Below, piece by piece: positions 12,646 through 31,859 of a stretch of DNA of 64,000 nt. The DNA is from the human T2T-CHM13v2.0 reference genome, Homo sapiens. The stretch is from assembly GCF_009914755.1 (NCBI RefSeq), contig NC_060925.1. The stretch is one strand, 5' to 3'. Each line of letters opens with the position of its first letter. Position 1 is the first letter of the stretch. The notes under the pieces were generated by a model, which was not told the origin of the DNA, made no database searches, and was given only the letters and a program-made list of their open reading frames with translations. Made by a program: the position numbers and the translations under genes.

Positions 12646-15600
12646 AAGGGCAATTAAATTAAAGGGTGTAGAGCTTCTTGGCTCATTATAAATGGAAACT
12701 GCCATTGAAAATGAATGAATTAAAAAAAATATTTATTTTTAACCTGCACCAAGGATCATGAAAACACTTTTCTATTCCAAACCAAACACACACACACACA
12801 CACACAACAAAGAAAAGGTTCTACATTTTTCAACATGGCCATAATAGAAAGTAGTGAGTTCATTTCGAGAAACCCCATGTGTTTCTTTGCCCTGGGATAT
12901 TTCTGTGAGCTCCTGAAGGCACAGTGGGGAGCCCTCCGAGTGGGGAATTCCAAGGTGCTGTCTTCAAAGATCTAAAAAGCAGCATCCAAAACATTCTCCA
13001 AGCTCCTTCAGGGTACTCAGGAAAGAGGTTTCATTAGCAGCCTTATCATTAGAGTGTTTGGTAAACTGATCTAAAGATTAAGAGCTGGTTTTAGTGAGCA
13101 AGGGGGGAAAACCCACTTGTAAACGCTAAGTAACTTCTCAGATATGAGAGTAGCTGAGTGCACAAGCGGCAGTTGCTGCCAGCCAGACTTTAACATGCTG
13201 TAACTCACATCTCTTATTCCCCCTTTCCTACCTTTGTTCTTTTCCTCTCACCTTGGTAAGACCCCACAGGTTTTGTATTAGGCACTTATAGAGATACCCA
13301 ATCAACAATTACTGAGAGTTAAAAAGAGTTTGGGGTCCCTGATCTAGAAAAAGCCTTCCATAATTCCTGAAACTAGGATAAACGTCTCCCTCCTCTTCAT
13401 GCCCTACCTTTGTGTCTCTCCTTGGATGCTCCCGGAGAAGCGCTGGAGCGCTAAGGGAAGAGAGGAAGTCAGACCCATTTTCACTGCTTATGAACTGGGT
13501 ACCCTTAGTTAACTTACTCAATCTCCTAGCCAGTTGGAAGAAAGGAGCGCATGAAAAATATCTACTTCAAAGGGCTACTGTGTGATTTAAATGAACTAAA
13601 AAGTGTAAACTGCCCAGAACATTGCATGACAGTTACTACACTTTCATTAAACTTTCCTTTTCTTCCCTTTCCCTTGTTTTGCTATAGCGTAAGGTCTGTG
13701 GGTACAACGTCTGTCTTATTTCTGCAACTCTTTCAAAATCTAGCAGTAAACTGCATTAGTAGGAGCTCAATAGCTGTTAGCTGAATTAGAGAATGAATGA
13801 AGTTTACAGGATCACCTCATACATGTTTAAGGGAGAATACACACCCACACATCCACTCACATTAGCTTTAAGGGAATCATGGTGAACCTTAATGCACATG
13901 TTATTGACTTACTCTGAAGCTTTCTGCAGCTCAGTAATGAGTGTAGGCTCAATAAATGTTGTTGACTGACTGATAGCTCACACTCCAGGAGAGTTGGAGA
14001 ACCATTAGGTTCAACAGTTACCACCTGTGGTTCCTGAAACTATTGCTTTACTCTACACACAGGAACACTAGGAAAAACTAAACACTCAGATTGCTGTTGT
14101 TGTCAAGGACACGTAGATTTTACCCAGAACTCACATTGGGCTGTATTTCTGCCTGATGGTGTACTTTTCAAGTTCTTAATTAAAGGGAAAATTGAATGTG
14201 CTTATTGTAAATGGAATGAAGTCAAAATGATGGATGAGCTGCCTTTCAGGGAATTGCCACTCTGCAACGATTTGATTTCTCACTCTTCTAGGAGACTTTC
14301 CAAAGGCTGGCTTGGCAGCCTCTAAGAAGTGGTGGAACAGAGACTGCCCAGGACTACCTGAAGCCAGGCTCTCAGTGCTTAGCCACAGGACAAACTTACA
14401 TCTCTCACTGGATCTGCTGTTTTCATATTGATAACGGACAAAGAAAAGGCATCCCTAAAAGTTAGTCTCAACACACAGCAAGTGGGGCCTCAGAAGAGGG
14501 ATTGAAAGACTGCAGAGAAAAGCTCAGATGGGCCACATGAAGGCATATTAGTTCTGCAGGCCGTGCTGAGCTACAGCACGGCCTGCACAGACATAATGCT
14601 GCCTGCCAAAGAGCACCCTCTCCTAAAGACTTCCCCAGGGTCAAATACTGGCAACTGCATTTGGAACTATGGAAATGTTGACTGTTCTACCATCATGGGA
14701 GTCCCTTTGAACTAAATGTGTTTCTTGGGAAAATTCTTAGGAAGTGCTAATTGGAGAGTGGTTAAGCAAAGGAAAGTAGAGGTCCGGCTCGGGGGAAGAG
14801 GGAATATACCAGCTAGATATTCTCTTCCCTGGGCTAGACCTGCAGTTAAAAGCAGATCTAGGCTGACAAAGAAGGTCTGAATACCAATCTCTTCTGCCTT
14901 GGCCTTACTGACAATCAGAGGGAACCAAAACAGGGTAAAAATGGACCTAGACAGAGAGCCAGGAAGTGTGTGAAGGGAGTTCATTTAGACCAGTCACCTG
15001 GGAAGCTTTTTAACTATCCCAATGCCCATGGTCACCTCCGTGAGCAATTAAATGAGATTTCTTGGAGTGGGCCCAAGCATCAGCATTTTTAAAACTCTCT
15101 AGGTTACTCCCAAAGGCAGCCAAGTTTGGGAACCAATGCTTCCGACCATCAGCATCCACTGCTGCGGAGAAAAGTCAGGCTCTGCTTGAGCCTCAATCAG
15201 CCCCAGGCCCACAACCTCTTTCTATGTTTCTATGTTGCCTGGAGGGCAGAAAGCGGCTGTGAGCGATTTTCTAAGCTATCAATTCAGTATGCATAACCAA
15301 AAGGTTAGAGACACATCAGCAGAGGCGATTCTGTTTCAAGAAAAAGGACTTTAAGAATAGAATTAGTCTCTGCTCAGTTTACAAGGACAAAAAGCAACTG
15401 CTGCACCACCACCAGTGTGAGCCTCAGATGCCAAAGGTTTGGTAAAGGCTAAGTTTAATTGTTTCTAAGGAGAACAGGAAATATTTATTTAGGATTAGTG
15501 GCAGCTGCTCCAGGGGTACAGCTGGGGATGGTGGAAGATATAATTAAGAAAATTGTGTGAGGGAGGTCTGGAAAGCCACCAGAAGGGACAGCAGCCTTGG

Positions 15601-16934
15601 TAGAAGCTGTTTGCATAGGCTTTTTTGTGTGTGGGCAGCTGAGTGTTAATAGGCACTTCGGAGGAGAAAAAGATAAATATGCAGTCTAATTAGCAGCTGA
15701 CTTAGGGTTGCAAGATCAAATGCAGGTAGAATCCTATTATAGCCTACACCACAGGTCCTCAAAATTGTTTTGTTGAGTGATTGCATCATAATGAGTACCT
15801 GGTAGAAATCATCACTCATATCTCCCTGTATTTTCTCACAATGCTCCCTCACCTAGAATGCCCTTCTAAAAGAGGTACATTTGGGAAGACAATGGAAGTT
15901 TATAATCATCATCAGAAATGTGCTAAAATTATCAAAAGGAAAGGAAGAGATGCCGTAAATAATGAACAAAAGTTAGGACTCTATTCATTCTTTAGTAATA
16001 CCAAATGTGAGTTGTTTCAGCAAGATAAAAAATAAAAGTGACTATACCATTGCCCAAATACTCTGGGTCCTTAAACCCCAAACGGTTTAGTCAAACCTGA
16101 TTCCTCGTCTTCTCTCCCTGTTGAAGGCATCAGTCTCTCTTGCAAGGCCCAAGTGGCCAAACGCCACCCACCCTGTGCATATCCCTGTGAAAAAAAGACC
16201 TTCCCTCTGTGGCCTCACCCCAAATTGTATGCACATTGCACATTTATTTCATTCTTCCTTGGATCCTATTGAGTTGTCCTACCTGCCTCCTCAACCAAGC
16301 TGTAAGTGGTAAAAGAATAGAGAATTTATTTTATCCATCTTGTAGGGGACTGTGTTCATAGTAAGTAAAGACTGAGTATCTATGAATTTGAATTACGTTA
16401 ACTCAGATTCTCTCCAGAGAAAAGTTGTTTTTTTTTTTTCTCACAATACATTTCTCTCCTTCCCTACTAGTTCAAAAATGCTAAAATCAGAATGACTTTT
16501 AGATATGCCTACCAGGGGAAAAAAAATAGTTACAATGTGCAAGTACTCTCCTTTCAAAAGATATTGGGGGTTTTAAAGGATCTTAGAGAAAAATGGCCCA
16601 GTGCAGGTAAGTGACTTATGCAGGGATACTCAGCAGGTTAGGGCAGGCCAGAACTACAAGTGAAATTCAAGACTCCATGACTTCCAGCCTCTCCTCGATG
16701 TCCTTTCCCAAACTCCTGGGTGACATGACAGCCATTCTGAAAAGTTGTTCACTAACTGTCCTTCTGTTCAATAAATCCTTACTTGTCTACTGAATTAAAT
16801 AATTTTGGAAATAGCTCCATCCTCTGTTCTAATTAAGATATCATTATCAGTGTTTCCTCCTCCATTTGTCTTAGCTTCTCTATTAATCATCAATTCTAAC
16901 AGCTAACAAATATACTAGAGCTCCTCTCCCTCCA

Positions 16935-17120
16935 ATACAGCCACTAGGCTACAGGAAGGCAATCTAAATTTAAATTTACTAAAATTAAGTAAAATTGAAA
17001 ATCTTATCCCTAGTTTCCGTAACTACATTCAAAGGCTGAAGAGCTGCATGTGGCTAGTGGCTATGATATCGGACAGCACAGGTATAGAGCATTTCCATTG
17101 CTGCAGAAAGAAGCTACTAG
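16935..17120. mobile_element. MER3/MER33-like hAT MITE
   Basis: CATGTGGCTAGTGGCTATGATATCGGACAGCACAG terminus. Confidence 0.6.
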
Positions 17121-17638
17121 GAAACTTGATAGATGAAAGAAAGGATCCTTATAATGTGAACAAGCATGCCCAAGATATCTGCCTGAAGTCTGAATTCTCT
17201 TAGTGAGATTTCTTCAAGGAGGCAGATGTGTGCATAGGTTTATCAGAGAATGCCTGAAAACTTAAATTTTTGTTTCATAGCACACCTTATTCAATCACCA
17301 GAAGACTTTAAGAATTTACTAGCAAATGTTTGGAACTCTTCTGTGGTGTAGAAAACTGTTCTTCCTTATCATCAAATAGTCCATCAGACCAAATTAGGTA
17401 CGTTGTAAAGTGTCGGCATAGTTTTTGGTTTAAGGAGCCTCCCATTCCAAAATTTCATAGCCAGGAAAAAGTTATTATTTGAAGCCAGTATTTTTCAGTT
17501 TCTCCTACAGCCAGGTATGTGCTGGGTGCTTGATACTTTGTTGTTTTTAATCCTCTTAACAGTTCTTCGAGGTGTCATTGTCTACATTATATAGGTGAAG
17601 AGAATGAGCTACCCGGGTGTTAAATTACTTGCCTATTT

Positions 17639-17748
17639 TAGGGTGAACCAGCCATCTCAGCTTGCAAGGAACTGAGGGATTTTCCAGGATGCAGGATTTT
17701 CAGTGTCTGGGAACGCCTTAGACAAACTAAGATGGTTGGTCACCCCAT
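17639..17748. mobile_element. MER81-like hAT MITE inside a MIR
   Basis: Terminal inverted repeats TAGGGTGAACCA ... TGGTCACCCCA, ~110 bp. Confidence 0.7.
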
Positions 17749-17801
17749 CAGGTCACAAAATAAATAATTTCAGAACAAAAATCAAACTGAAGTCTTTCTA
17801 G

Positions 17802-18203
<402 letters not shown>

Positions 18204-18644
18204 AAAAATTTCTTTCTTTTAACATCCCTCATAATTCTGTCCTTATTTCCTTCCTCTGTTTCCAGTTATCACTGGATTGCAAATCCAATGTGAAGATTTA
18301 GAGTCTATGTGATCAGATTTTCTGTTTTTGCTCATTCCCAGTTTTCTTCCTACATAAATTAAGCTTTGTGTTGACATTCCAGTAATTCAAATAATCCCAT
18401 AGGATTTCAGCAGTTTGTTTACTGGCTTGGCAAGGGTTTGTTTACTGGTTTGGCACCCCTTGCAATAAAATCGAAAGCTTCTGACTCATTCCTTTATATA
18501 CTTTGGCTTGTCTTTTAAAAGATTCAGTTGAGTACATTTGACCGTTCACGTCTCTTCAATGTTCTTTGCCTGCTCCATATGCAGGAGAGAGAAAACTGTT
18601 GGGCCACCCCAGTGCTAATGAAAATGTGAGCACCATCACCATCA

Positions 18645-19285
<641 letters not shown>

Positions 19286-20599
19286 GCATTAAAGGATATG
19301 AAAGTACTAACTTTCTATAATTTGTACAGTAATTCTATGCTTCTGCAAAACAAGGCAAAGATACTTGGAGTGATATCTAACATACTTTCCAAATATATCA
19401 TCTTTTGGAATGATAACGGACAAGGACAATGATAGCAAGTTATCATACTTTTTTTCGAAATGTTGAGTGGATTAGAAAGTCTCTTTTAAGAGTGGCTTGG
19501 AGTAAATGATGAATCCAAATTGTGTGTTCATAACAAATTTCAGTCCTTTCAACAAATAAACAAGCCAATACCACCATAAGCAGGATGATATTTTCTTCCT
19601 AAGGTCAAAGTAGATGACAAGCATAAGTTGACAATCAAAGAGATGACGTTTAGATGTCTGTTTTCTATTACTCTAATTATGGAAAGTGATGAGAGTCCAT
19701 TTGCTATTAATATTTCTACAACTCTGTGATTTGTGGCCAAGTATTGTTTGCTTGATGGTGTGGTGACTTTCAGCACAGCCAAATGATTAGAGATAAAGGA
19801 AAAGTGTTGAAATGGGACATTTTTGAAACAGTGGGAGCATAGCTCTCCTTTTGGGCAGTTGTAAGCAGTGGTGTAACCTTGATAGCCCACAGCTGTGTTT
19901 ATAAGCCCAACCAGTTTGACAGGATTTGACTCAATTAATAACTGGCCAATTCATTCAGCCAATTTACTTGAATTTAAATTTGATGAAAACAAATTTAATC
20001 AAATCTTTTGGCCCAATTATCAGTTTTTTGTTTGGTTGGTTTTTTAACTTGAAGGATAATGTGCTTCTTATCATAACTTGAGAGATGATGCCAAGGTACC
20101 AAAATTTAATTTTTTCATTGAGGAGTCATGCACTATGGTGACATTGCAACAGTGTGAGGGGCTTTAGATGAAAAATCTGTATATATCTGGCAAGCTACTG
20201 GGAGTCGCAGGACTGGGTACTTCTTTAAAGACAAGAAGCAATGGAAACCATGGAAACCTGAAGCTGTTTTAGTGACTGGTTCTTCTAATCCTAAAAGAAA
20301 AAGTTCTTGGTTGTCAAAGTGAAGACCTCAGCAAAAGGAATGAGACCAGCCATGAAAATAGGCACAGCCTAGGTATCCAGGATCAGAGAAAATAGATAAA
20401 AGCCATGAGAAATGAGCAATGATGCTCAAAAGAGATAGAATACCATACTGTGTTTTAAGACCATTTGGTTCCAGTATAACCAGGGAAGTATCACATTCTA
20501 ATACTGAATATTTTATAACTAGGAGAAGAATTAACAAAAGTGTCCTGGAGGTGCTCTAAGATTTGTTGTTTTTTTGTTTCTTCTTGGCAAGAAAAGCTA

Positions 20600-20880
20600 T
20601 CATTTTTTAAAATGTTTTAAAAACAGCTTCATTGAGATATAATTCACACACTATAAAATTCACCCACTTAAAGTGTACAGTGTGGTGACTTAATATATTT
20701 ATAGAGTTGTGCAACCATCACCACAATCTAATTTTAGAACATTTTCAGCATACTCTCCCCGCAAAAAAAACCTGTACCCATTAGTAGTCATTCCCCTTTC
20801 CCCCATCCCTCCCCCTCTTTCAACCTCTCCACCCCCCAGCCCCAGTCAACCACTAATCTACTTCCTGTCTCTGTGAAACC
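20600..20880 (-). mobile_element. L1MB-type 3' end fragment
   Basis: CAGCTTCATTGAGATATAATTCACAC...GTGCAACCATCACCACAATCTAATTTTAGAAC. Confidence 0.7.
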
Positions 20881-20964
20881 TATCCTTTTTTTTCCAATCT
20901 GTATTTCTGACAGTAATTCAATTTAGAGGACCAAATCCATCAACACATTTATTATCACTTTTTT

Positions 20965-25060
<4,096 letters not shown>

Positions 25061-25737
25061 AGTCTATCATATTTTAGAGTGGCGTGTACCTGTTTCTCTT
25101 GAGTCCACCCACCCTCTACTTAATGTTTTGCAAAGCACAGGATTTGTGCCATTACTGGAAATAAGAGAATATTAGAGACATAGTATTTAAAAATATGAGC
25201 TCAGGATAAGCCCTGGAAAGGAGTTAAAGGCCCTTCCCAGGGTTCTAACAGAGGCCCCCAGCCCACCTTCTTTTCCTGCCCTGAATTCTGTCCTGTATCA
25301 CAAAGGGTCTCCCATGCATGTCTATGGACTCAACAACCCACATATCTAAGCACCAAATATATCTTGCCTACCTAACTGTCTCCTCTTGCCCACTCATCAC
25401 ACTTAGGGGTACGTATACACCAGCAGCACAGTCCATCTTCAGCAAGACAAACATGGGGAGAATCTGAAAGATAAGTGTCTGGAGTGAGCAGTGAATGTCA
25501 AAAGTGAATAGATTCTGAAAGGACTTGTCCCTTTGACCCCATGGCCTACTCTTCCCAAGGGTGGGGCACAGCTGGAGGAAAGTCCAAGAAGGGTCCTCTA
25601 AAGATTGGAGTTCAGAAGGGGCCGAGTTTCTGGAGTCCAAGGATATACTGTCCACTCTTTGTCCAGCAAATGTTCTTCCAGCCTGTCTAAACACTTGAAA
25701 AGCTCATCACTAACTACATAAGGTGCTTCAGTATTTA

Positions 25738-25933
25738 GTAAGAGCTACAAACTCAGAAAAGCTAGAAGAGCCAGAAAGTAACATAAATGAGTGAAGGAGG
25801 CTGATGCAGGTCCTCCAAAGAAAGTTGGAGGGAATGTGGTGAGCTGGAAAGCACATGTGCTGTCCAAAGGAAACAGCCTGCAGGCTGGAGGAAGTCTGAG
25901 CTCAGTTTCACTGGATCTTCCAGTTTTTCAAAA

Positions 25934-25968
<35 letters not shown>

Positions 25969-26108
25969 AGTCAGAAATAAAAAATGTTCAATTTCTTGCC
26001 TTTTAAATGTTAGTAACTAATTCAAAATTTGTTTTAAACACTCTGTGAGACCAACAAGCCACATCTGTTAGCAGGCTTTAGCTCATGAGCTACCAGTTTG
26101 CAGCCTCA
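25738..26108. mobile_element. MER102-like hAT element containing (TAAA)n
   Basis: AGAGCTACAAACTC...GTAACATAAATGAGTGAAG ... CCAGTTTGCAGCCTC; (TAAA)n at 25931-25969. Confidence 0.55.
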
Positions 26109-27634
26109 GAAGAAAAGATTTCTTCATTAGATTGTGTCGAAATCTGCTTCCTTGAGAATCCACACATATGGAGGAACCAAAAGTCACTATCCCTCTTCCA
26201 CATATCTCAGTTTGAAAGTAGATCACATTTCCCCAAATATCTTTCGGAGACTACTTAGCCAACACACATTCAACTGCTGCTTCTACAGAATAGCTTCTGT
26301 ATCTCAGTGTTGCAACCACCCACCTCCAGAAGCCCCCACCATCTGTTTTCCTGGGAGAGCAACAGAATGAGCAAAATATTTCAAAGATGATTGCTTCTTC
26401 TTGCTAGTAATTATTTTTCTTAGTATTGCATGTCTGGGTCCAGAAAGGGAAATAATGACTCAATCATCAAGCTTCTTGTACAAGGCTGGCAATTTCAGGA
26501 AGTAGAAGGAAGACTAACACTGTGAACAGCATTCTTGATTAGCCAGAAGTATAAAATGAGGTGTGCATTTGATCCACTGTCAGAGTAGCAGATGGAACAC
26601 AGCAACCATGACACGGTAGAGGTAGGACTTAATGGATCATCCTGAAGTGCCTGGGACTGATTAGCCGTGGTGCAGCTACATGCAGTTTTTAATTGATTGA
26701 TTTGAGTTTGTGGTCAGAAAATGGCTGTCGGCTCCAGCTTATCTATAATTATCAGTAATCAGAACCAGACCTCTCTCTCTCTTTAATAGGCCAGGGCTCC
26801 TCCAGCATGCTTGACTTTTCTACTTTTCAAGACTTTCTGTAACCACTGCCTGAAAGCTTTCACGGCCATAACATGATACCTGGTGCCCATTGGGAAAAAG
26901 ACTCTGGGGGCATGAACATAAAGGTAACAAGAACACTGCTCTTTCATTAGCTTAATACTTTGCCTATTTTGAGTTCAAGACAGTTTAAAATTAATAGGAG
27001 GCCTCTTACAGTTTAGCCAGTCTATTATAGGCAAAACCAAGTGAAAGATTGAAATAAGAATTCTTGTAACTCTAGCCCAAAGCTCATTTTTAACCTAAAA
27101 AATGATCTCGACACTAATTAGAGGCTGGAACTATTTCTAGGAGTCAGAGTGTCCCTGCCCTGGGTAAAGCACCATTAACATTTCAACAGGCCACCCAAAT
27201 CAGAAAACTAGGAAGTATTTTAGACCCCTTCTCCTCCTCACAGTCCCCTGTCCCTGACACATCCAATCACTAAGGCATCTGATTCTACCTTTTGAATCTG
27301 AGTGACTTTAGAACAAGTGTCCTGGAGTCAAAGAGACTCCAGGTTCAAATTTGAACCTCCAAGAGAAGTTCAAATCCTCCTGCCATCACTTATGAATTGT
27401 GAGACCTTAAGCAAGTCATTCTCCCTCCTATGCCTCATTTCTCTCAACTCCATTGCAGAGTTACTATACCTACCTTAAGGGAGATTAAATAATGATGAAA
27501 TGAGACAATGTATGTATCAAATGCAGCGTTTGTTGTATATGTGCTTAAAACTTTATTTAAAATATTATTATTGATTTGCTGTCTCTATCCTCACCAGTAC
27601 AACCTAAATCCAGGACAAAAAGTATCACAGCTAG

Positions 27635-27735
27635 ATGAAGAAGGATGAGGAGGATGAAAAAGGGAGAGGAGGAGGGGAGAAGAGGGAGAAAGGAGAATGA
27701 TGAGGAAGAGTAAGGGAGGAGGAGGAGGAGAAGTT
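27635..27735. repeat. Purine-rich (GGA/GAG)n low-complexity tract
   Basis: Visible. Confidence 0.85.
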
Positions 27736-27966
27736 TATGATGGTGGCGACAGCTACCTTCATTGCCTCTAAATGTGAATTCCCCTTGCTGCCACCTTGTT
27801 ACCAGGGCCAGCTCCCTGGGGGTGTACCTGTGCCAATGGTGCTGCCACTAACTGAAGTTATAGGGGCATGTCTGCCGAAAGCTCTTCCACCACCTGCTAA
27901 TGCAGACTGACAATCCACTGTGCTAAAATATCTTTTACTTCTGATCTCTTAAAGGCCATGCTTTGT

Positions 27967-28072
27967 CACTTTAATCCCAGAGATACAGTATCTAGCTCTT
28001 TCAAAAATCTCTCTGACACTTTAATCCCAGAGATGCAGTATCTAGCTCTTTCAAAAATCTCTCTGACACTTT
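27967..28072. repeat. 50-bp tandem duplication, one mismatch
   Basis: CACTTTAATCCCAGAGAT(A/G)CAGTATCTAGCTCTTTCAAAAATCTCTCTGA x2, then CACTTT. Confidence 0.95.
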
Positions 28073-28564
28073 GTGAGGAAACAGGTCCTTTGGCTTTTTA
28101 GAGAACCTGACTCTTTCATGACCAAAGGAAGGATCATTAATTTCATTTTAAAAATGATAAAAACAACCTCAGAAAGGTTTTTAAAAAGTTTTTCCAAGTC
28201 ACACAGCAGAGCCAGGGTCCTCTCATCCAAAGTCCAGGTTACTTATGTACAATCAAATGGTCTCGTGTCCTCTTTCTTGTGAATTCACTGTTATAGGTAC
28301 CATTTTCTCTATGCTTTCTCTTCTTTCCTGACAGTGGAGAAGAGCAAATGCTAGAGTGATCTTCTGAGGAAGGACTCTGGCTTTGACTCATCCCAATCTT
28401 CCTAATCTCAGCAAGGCAAGCAAAGAGGGTTGCAAGGAAGGATTACAGTATCACCGGTGTTTCGCTGTATGTTCCTTCCTTCAGGTGGCTCTGGTATTCA
28501 GAATGCATAGAGGAAATAGCCTGGGCTTAGGGTGAAGATGTGAACTGGAAATCTGGCTCCTTCC

Positions 28565-29270
28565 TTTCCGTCATTCATTAACAAATTTTCCTTAGTGGGC
28601 CCAGGCTCTGTTTTGGGCCTGGAAATACAACAAATAAAACAAAGTCCCCACTCTCATATAGTAACCTTCTTGCAGGAGAAGACAGAAAATAAACAAATGA
28701 AGAAATAAACAAATAAAAGCCAGGTGGTAACAAATACCACTGGAAAAACAATGAATCGGGGTAATTGATAAAGAAAGTTGGGAAAGGGGCTATTTTATAT
28801 AGCGTAGCCAGGCAAGGGTTTGAAGGAGCAGTGACATTTAATCAGAGATGGGAATAAAGTGATAGATTTCTGGCAAAGGAGACAGAGCAGGTGTAAAGGC
28901 CCTGAGGTAGGAACATGTCAAGCTGTGTGGAGAATAGCAGCACTGAGTTCAGGAAGCAAGAGGGAGAGGTGAGACCAGAGTGACTGGGAAAGTGAGGGAG
29001 TGGGGAATAGATTATATAGAACCTTAGAAGCCCTACTAATGCTCTGGATTTTACCCTGAGGGATATGCCAGTGAAAGGTTTAAGCAGAGGAATGACATGA
29101 TCTGCTTTATGTTTTTGAAAGGCTCACTTTGGTCACTATACAGGGGCCAAGGTAGAGGTAGCAGTTAAATAGATTTTGCAATAGGTCAAAAAAGATCAAG
29201 GTGGCTCAGACAGAGATGGAGGTGACGGTGACAAAGGTGTCAATGGCAGGCGATTTTTCAAAGGCAGAAT
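28565..29270. mobile_element. L2 fragment
   Basis: TCATTCATTAACAAATT, AAAGGCCCTGAGGTAGGAAC, TTTAAGCAGAGGAATGACATGATCTG. Confidence 0.6.
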
Positions 29271-30111
29271 CATTTAGCAGCTGGGCTACTTTGACTGAGA
29301 TATTTTGCCTCTCCTGGCTCAGGTCCCTCATCAGTAACATGAAGGTAACAATACCAAACTCATAAAATCACGGTATGGATTAAATGAGATAATTTATATG
29401 AAGGCTATACCTGTTGTTTTCCTTTGTATTAAAGACAAAGTCTGCAACCTTATGCAAAACTTAATTACATATATGCTCAAAGACCAAGATGTAAGAACAT
29501 CTTGTCTTCAGAGTAGCAGAAACAATTTTGTGTATAGCAAGATTATTTACACTCATCTATCTCATCCTCTTAAATAAGAAAACTGATTACTATAAATATG
29601 TGCCAGCTTTTATGGTTCATTTTAGAATCTTAGTGCGTCAAAAAGTATAAAATAGTTAGACAAGTGAGGGATAAGTGAATCATGAGAGTCTTATTTATAG
29701 AATAAAAGCTGGGAATATCTGTGAAAACATCTTAATAATGATTATGACTGGTGGATGATATTGCAGAGTTTTAAAAAAATCCCTTTGTGCTTTTCTACAT
29801 TTTCCACATCAATACAATAAAAAATGTATTTTAAGAGTATTTATTCCTATATCCATTTAGCAAAGAGAGTTAGAATCTCTGAAAGAAAACATGAGACAAG
29901 TAAAGAAAATAAGTATGTTAAAATTATAAGGGAAAAAGGGCAAAAATTAATATTTTGTGGGTATTATCTGCACAAAAGACACATCAAGTAGTTATTTAAT
30001 TTTTGCAAATTAAATAGCAGGATGTGCTTTTTTCCCTAAATCAAGAGCCACTGAGGTATGGATGGAACACATTGGAACCAGTGAGCCTGAGATGGAGTCT
30101 GGCCTGGACTT

Positions 30112-30418
30112 TTTTCTTTTTTTTTTTTTTTTTTTTTTGAGACGGACTCTTGCTCTCTCACCTGGGCTGGAGTGCAGTGGCACAATCTTGGCTCACTTGC
30201 AACCTCTGCCTCCTGGGTTCAAGTGATTCTCCTGCCTCAGCCTCCTGAGTAGCTGGGACTACAGGCGCGTGCCCCCAGGCCCAGCTAAGTTTTGTATTTT
30301 TAGTAGAGATGGGATTTCACCATGTTGGCCAGGATGGTCTCGATCTCTTGACTTTGTGATCCACCCACCTTGGTCTCCCAAAGTGCTGGGATTACAGGCA
30401 TGAGCCACTGCGCCCGTC
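30112..30418 (-). mobile_element. AluS (Sc-like) with 13-bp TSD
   Basis: TSD CTGGCCTGGACTT at 30099-30111 and 30419-30431. Confidence 0.92.
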
Positions 30419-31859
30419 CTGGCCTGGACTTCTTACACCCTGCTGGTCGCATGGATATATTCCTGCTGCATAACCAGCCCCAGTGGCTGAGCCTCTGAGG
30501 TCTGACTGAGATCAGGTGCAAAGCAGCAATCTCACTGTTATTAATAAGCAATGCTGACAAGCTCATACTAACCTTCCCAAAACTCCTGAGACCTGTGGTT
30601 ACAAAATGACGCTATTAATCGGTACATTTCATGCCTCGGCTTAAAACCCCAGAGTCCTACTTCTTTCTCTTGAAGGTGAACCGTGCTTTCCGCATTTCAT
30701 CTGGTTCCTCTCTCTGTGGATACGTCTGGATAATTAGATCCTGCATATGCAAGAATAAAATGAAGAAAAAGGTGACCTGCCTAGTCCAGTTTCAGGGTAA
30801 ATTATCTGCTAGGTAAGCATAGAATCCCTTCTTGGCATAAGTGTAGCACATTAATTAGGCTAAGCATCTCCATCTCTTTTCTCTGCCTTGCCAAATATCT
30901 CATTCAGTTATCATATCTTGGTACGAGGAAGCTGTGAGGGAGTGGAGAAAAGAAAAGCATCCTGCCACACAAATAAGGAAAATGAGATTCAGAAGGTTTA
31001 AGTGACTTGCCTATTCTCTGACCCTAAAGAAATCTAACTTACTAAAGCCTTTTCTCCTTCACTAACTTTCCATCTCTAATCTAAACCAAATTTGTGCATT
31101 TCACCAGGCATCACATTGTCTCTCTCACTGATTTTGAGACAATGGCCAGGCCCCCTACCAGCTCACACAACATCTTTGTGCCAGTCAGAAAAGGCACCCC
31201 TTCTTCCTGGCACATGCAGCCCCACATTGGCCAGAGCTCAGCCTCATTTTAGACTGGGCATGATACCATAGTGCTGGTTATAGCCTTCATGAGACTGTAT
31301 TGCAGCCCCTTAATATGGCTGGACAACTAAGGTGGCTCCCAACACAAAGAAACTTCCTCTTAAATAGATTGTTGACATTTTAAATTAGAGATGCCAAAAC
31401 TTGAGGATATTATCTTCTTCATTAAGTCTTTTTCCATTTTGTCTGTTCCCATCAGTGACACTCCCAGAAACCTCTGCCCTCAATCTTGGAATCAATATTT
31501 ATTCTAGCTGGCTTGTCTTCATCCTCACATCCAGGTTGACACCAAATCTTTCCAACTCTTTTTTGAAAAATAGCAAGTACATTTTTTCCCTCCAACTGCA
31601 ACCCTCTTTTAGCCTGTGGATTTTATTCTTAGACTCCTGAAACAAATTCCCAGTCTATTTTATATTTTAGCCTCTTACACCTCCAGGCCTTCCAATGAAA
31701 CAACAAGAATCATATTTCTTGGCCACCATTTTAAATCATGTTAATCCATTTCTCAGAATACTGCATCTGCCAAAAAAAAAAAAAAAAAAAAAAAAAAGGC
31801 TTTCATACTCTCTACTAGTTTTAATCCCACAAAATCTCCGTAGTCTTACAGAGCACTGC

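Noticed and set aside
27967-28072. Direct repeats as a CRISPR-like array
   Set aside because: Two adjacent units with no spacers, in a eukaryotic context.
26560-30860. TAAT/TGAT homeobox-like motif clusters near 26.7 kb and 30.6 kb
   Set aside because: Expected by chance in AT-rich DNA and cannot be supported without conservation data.
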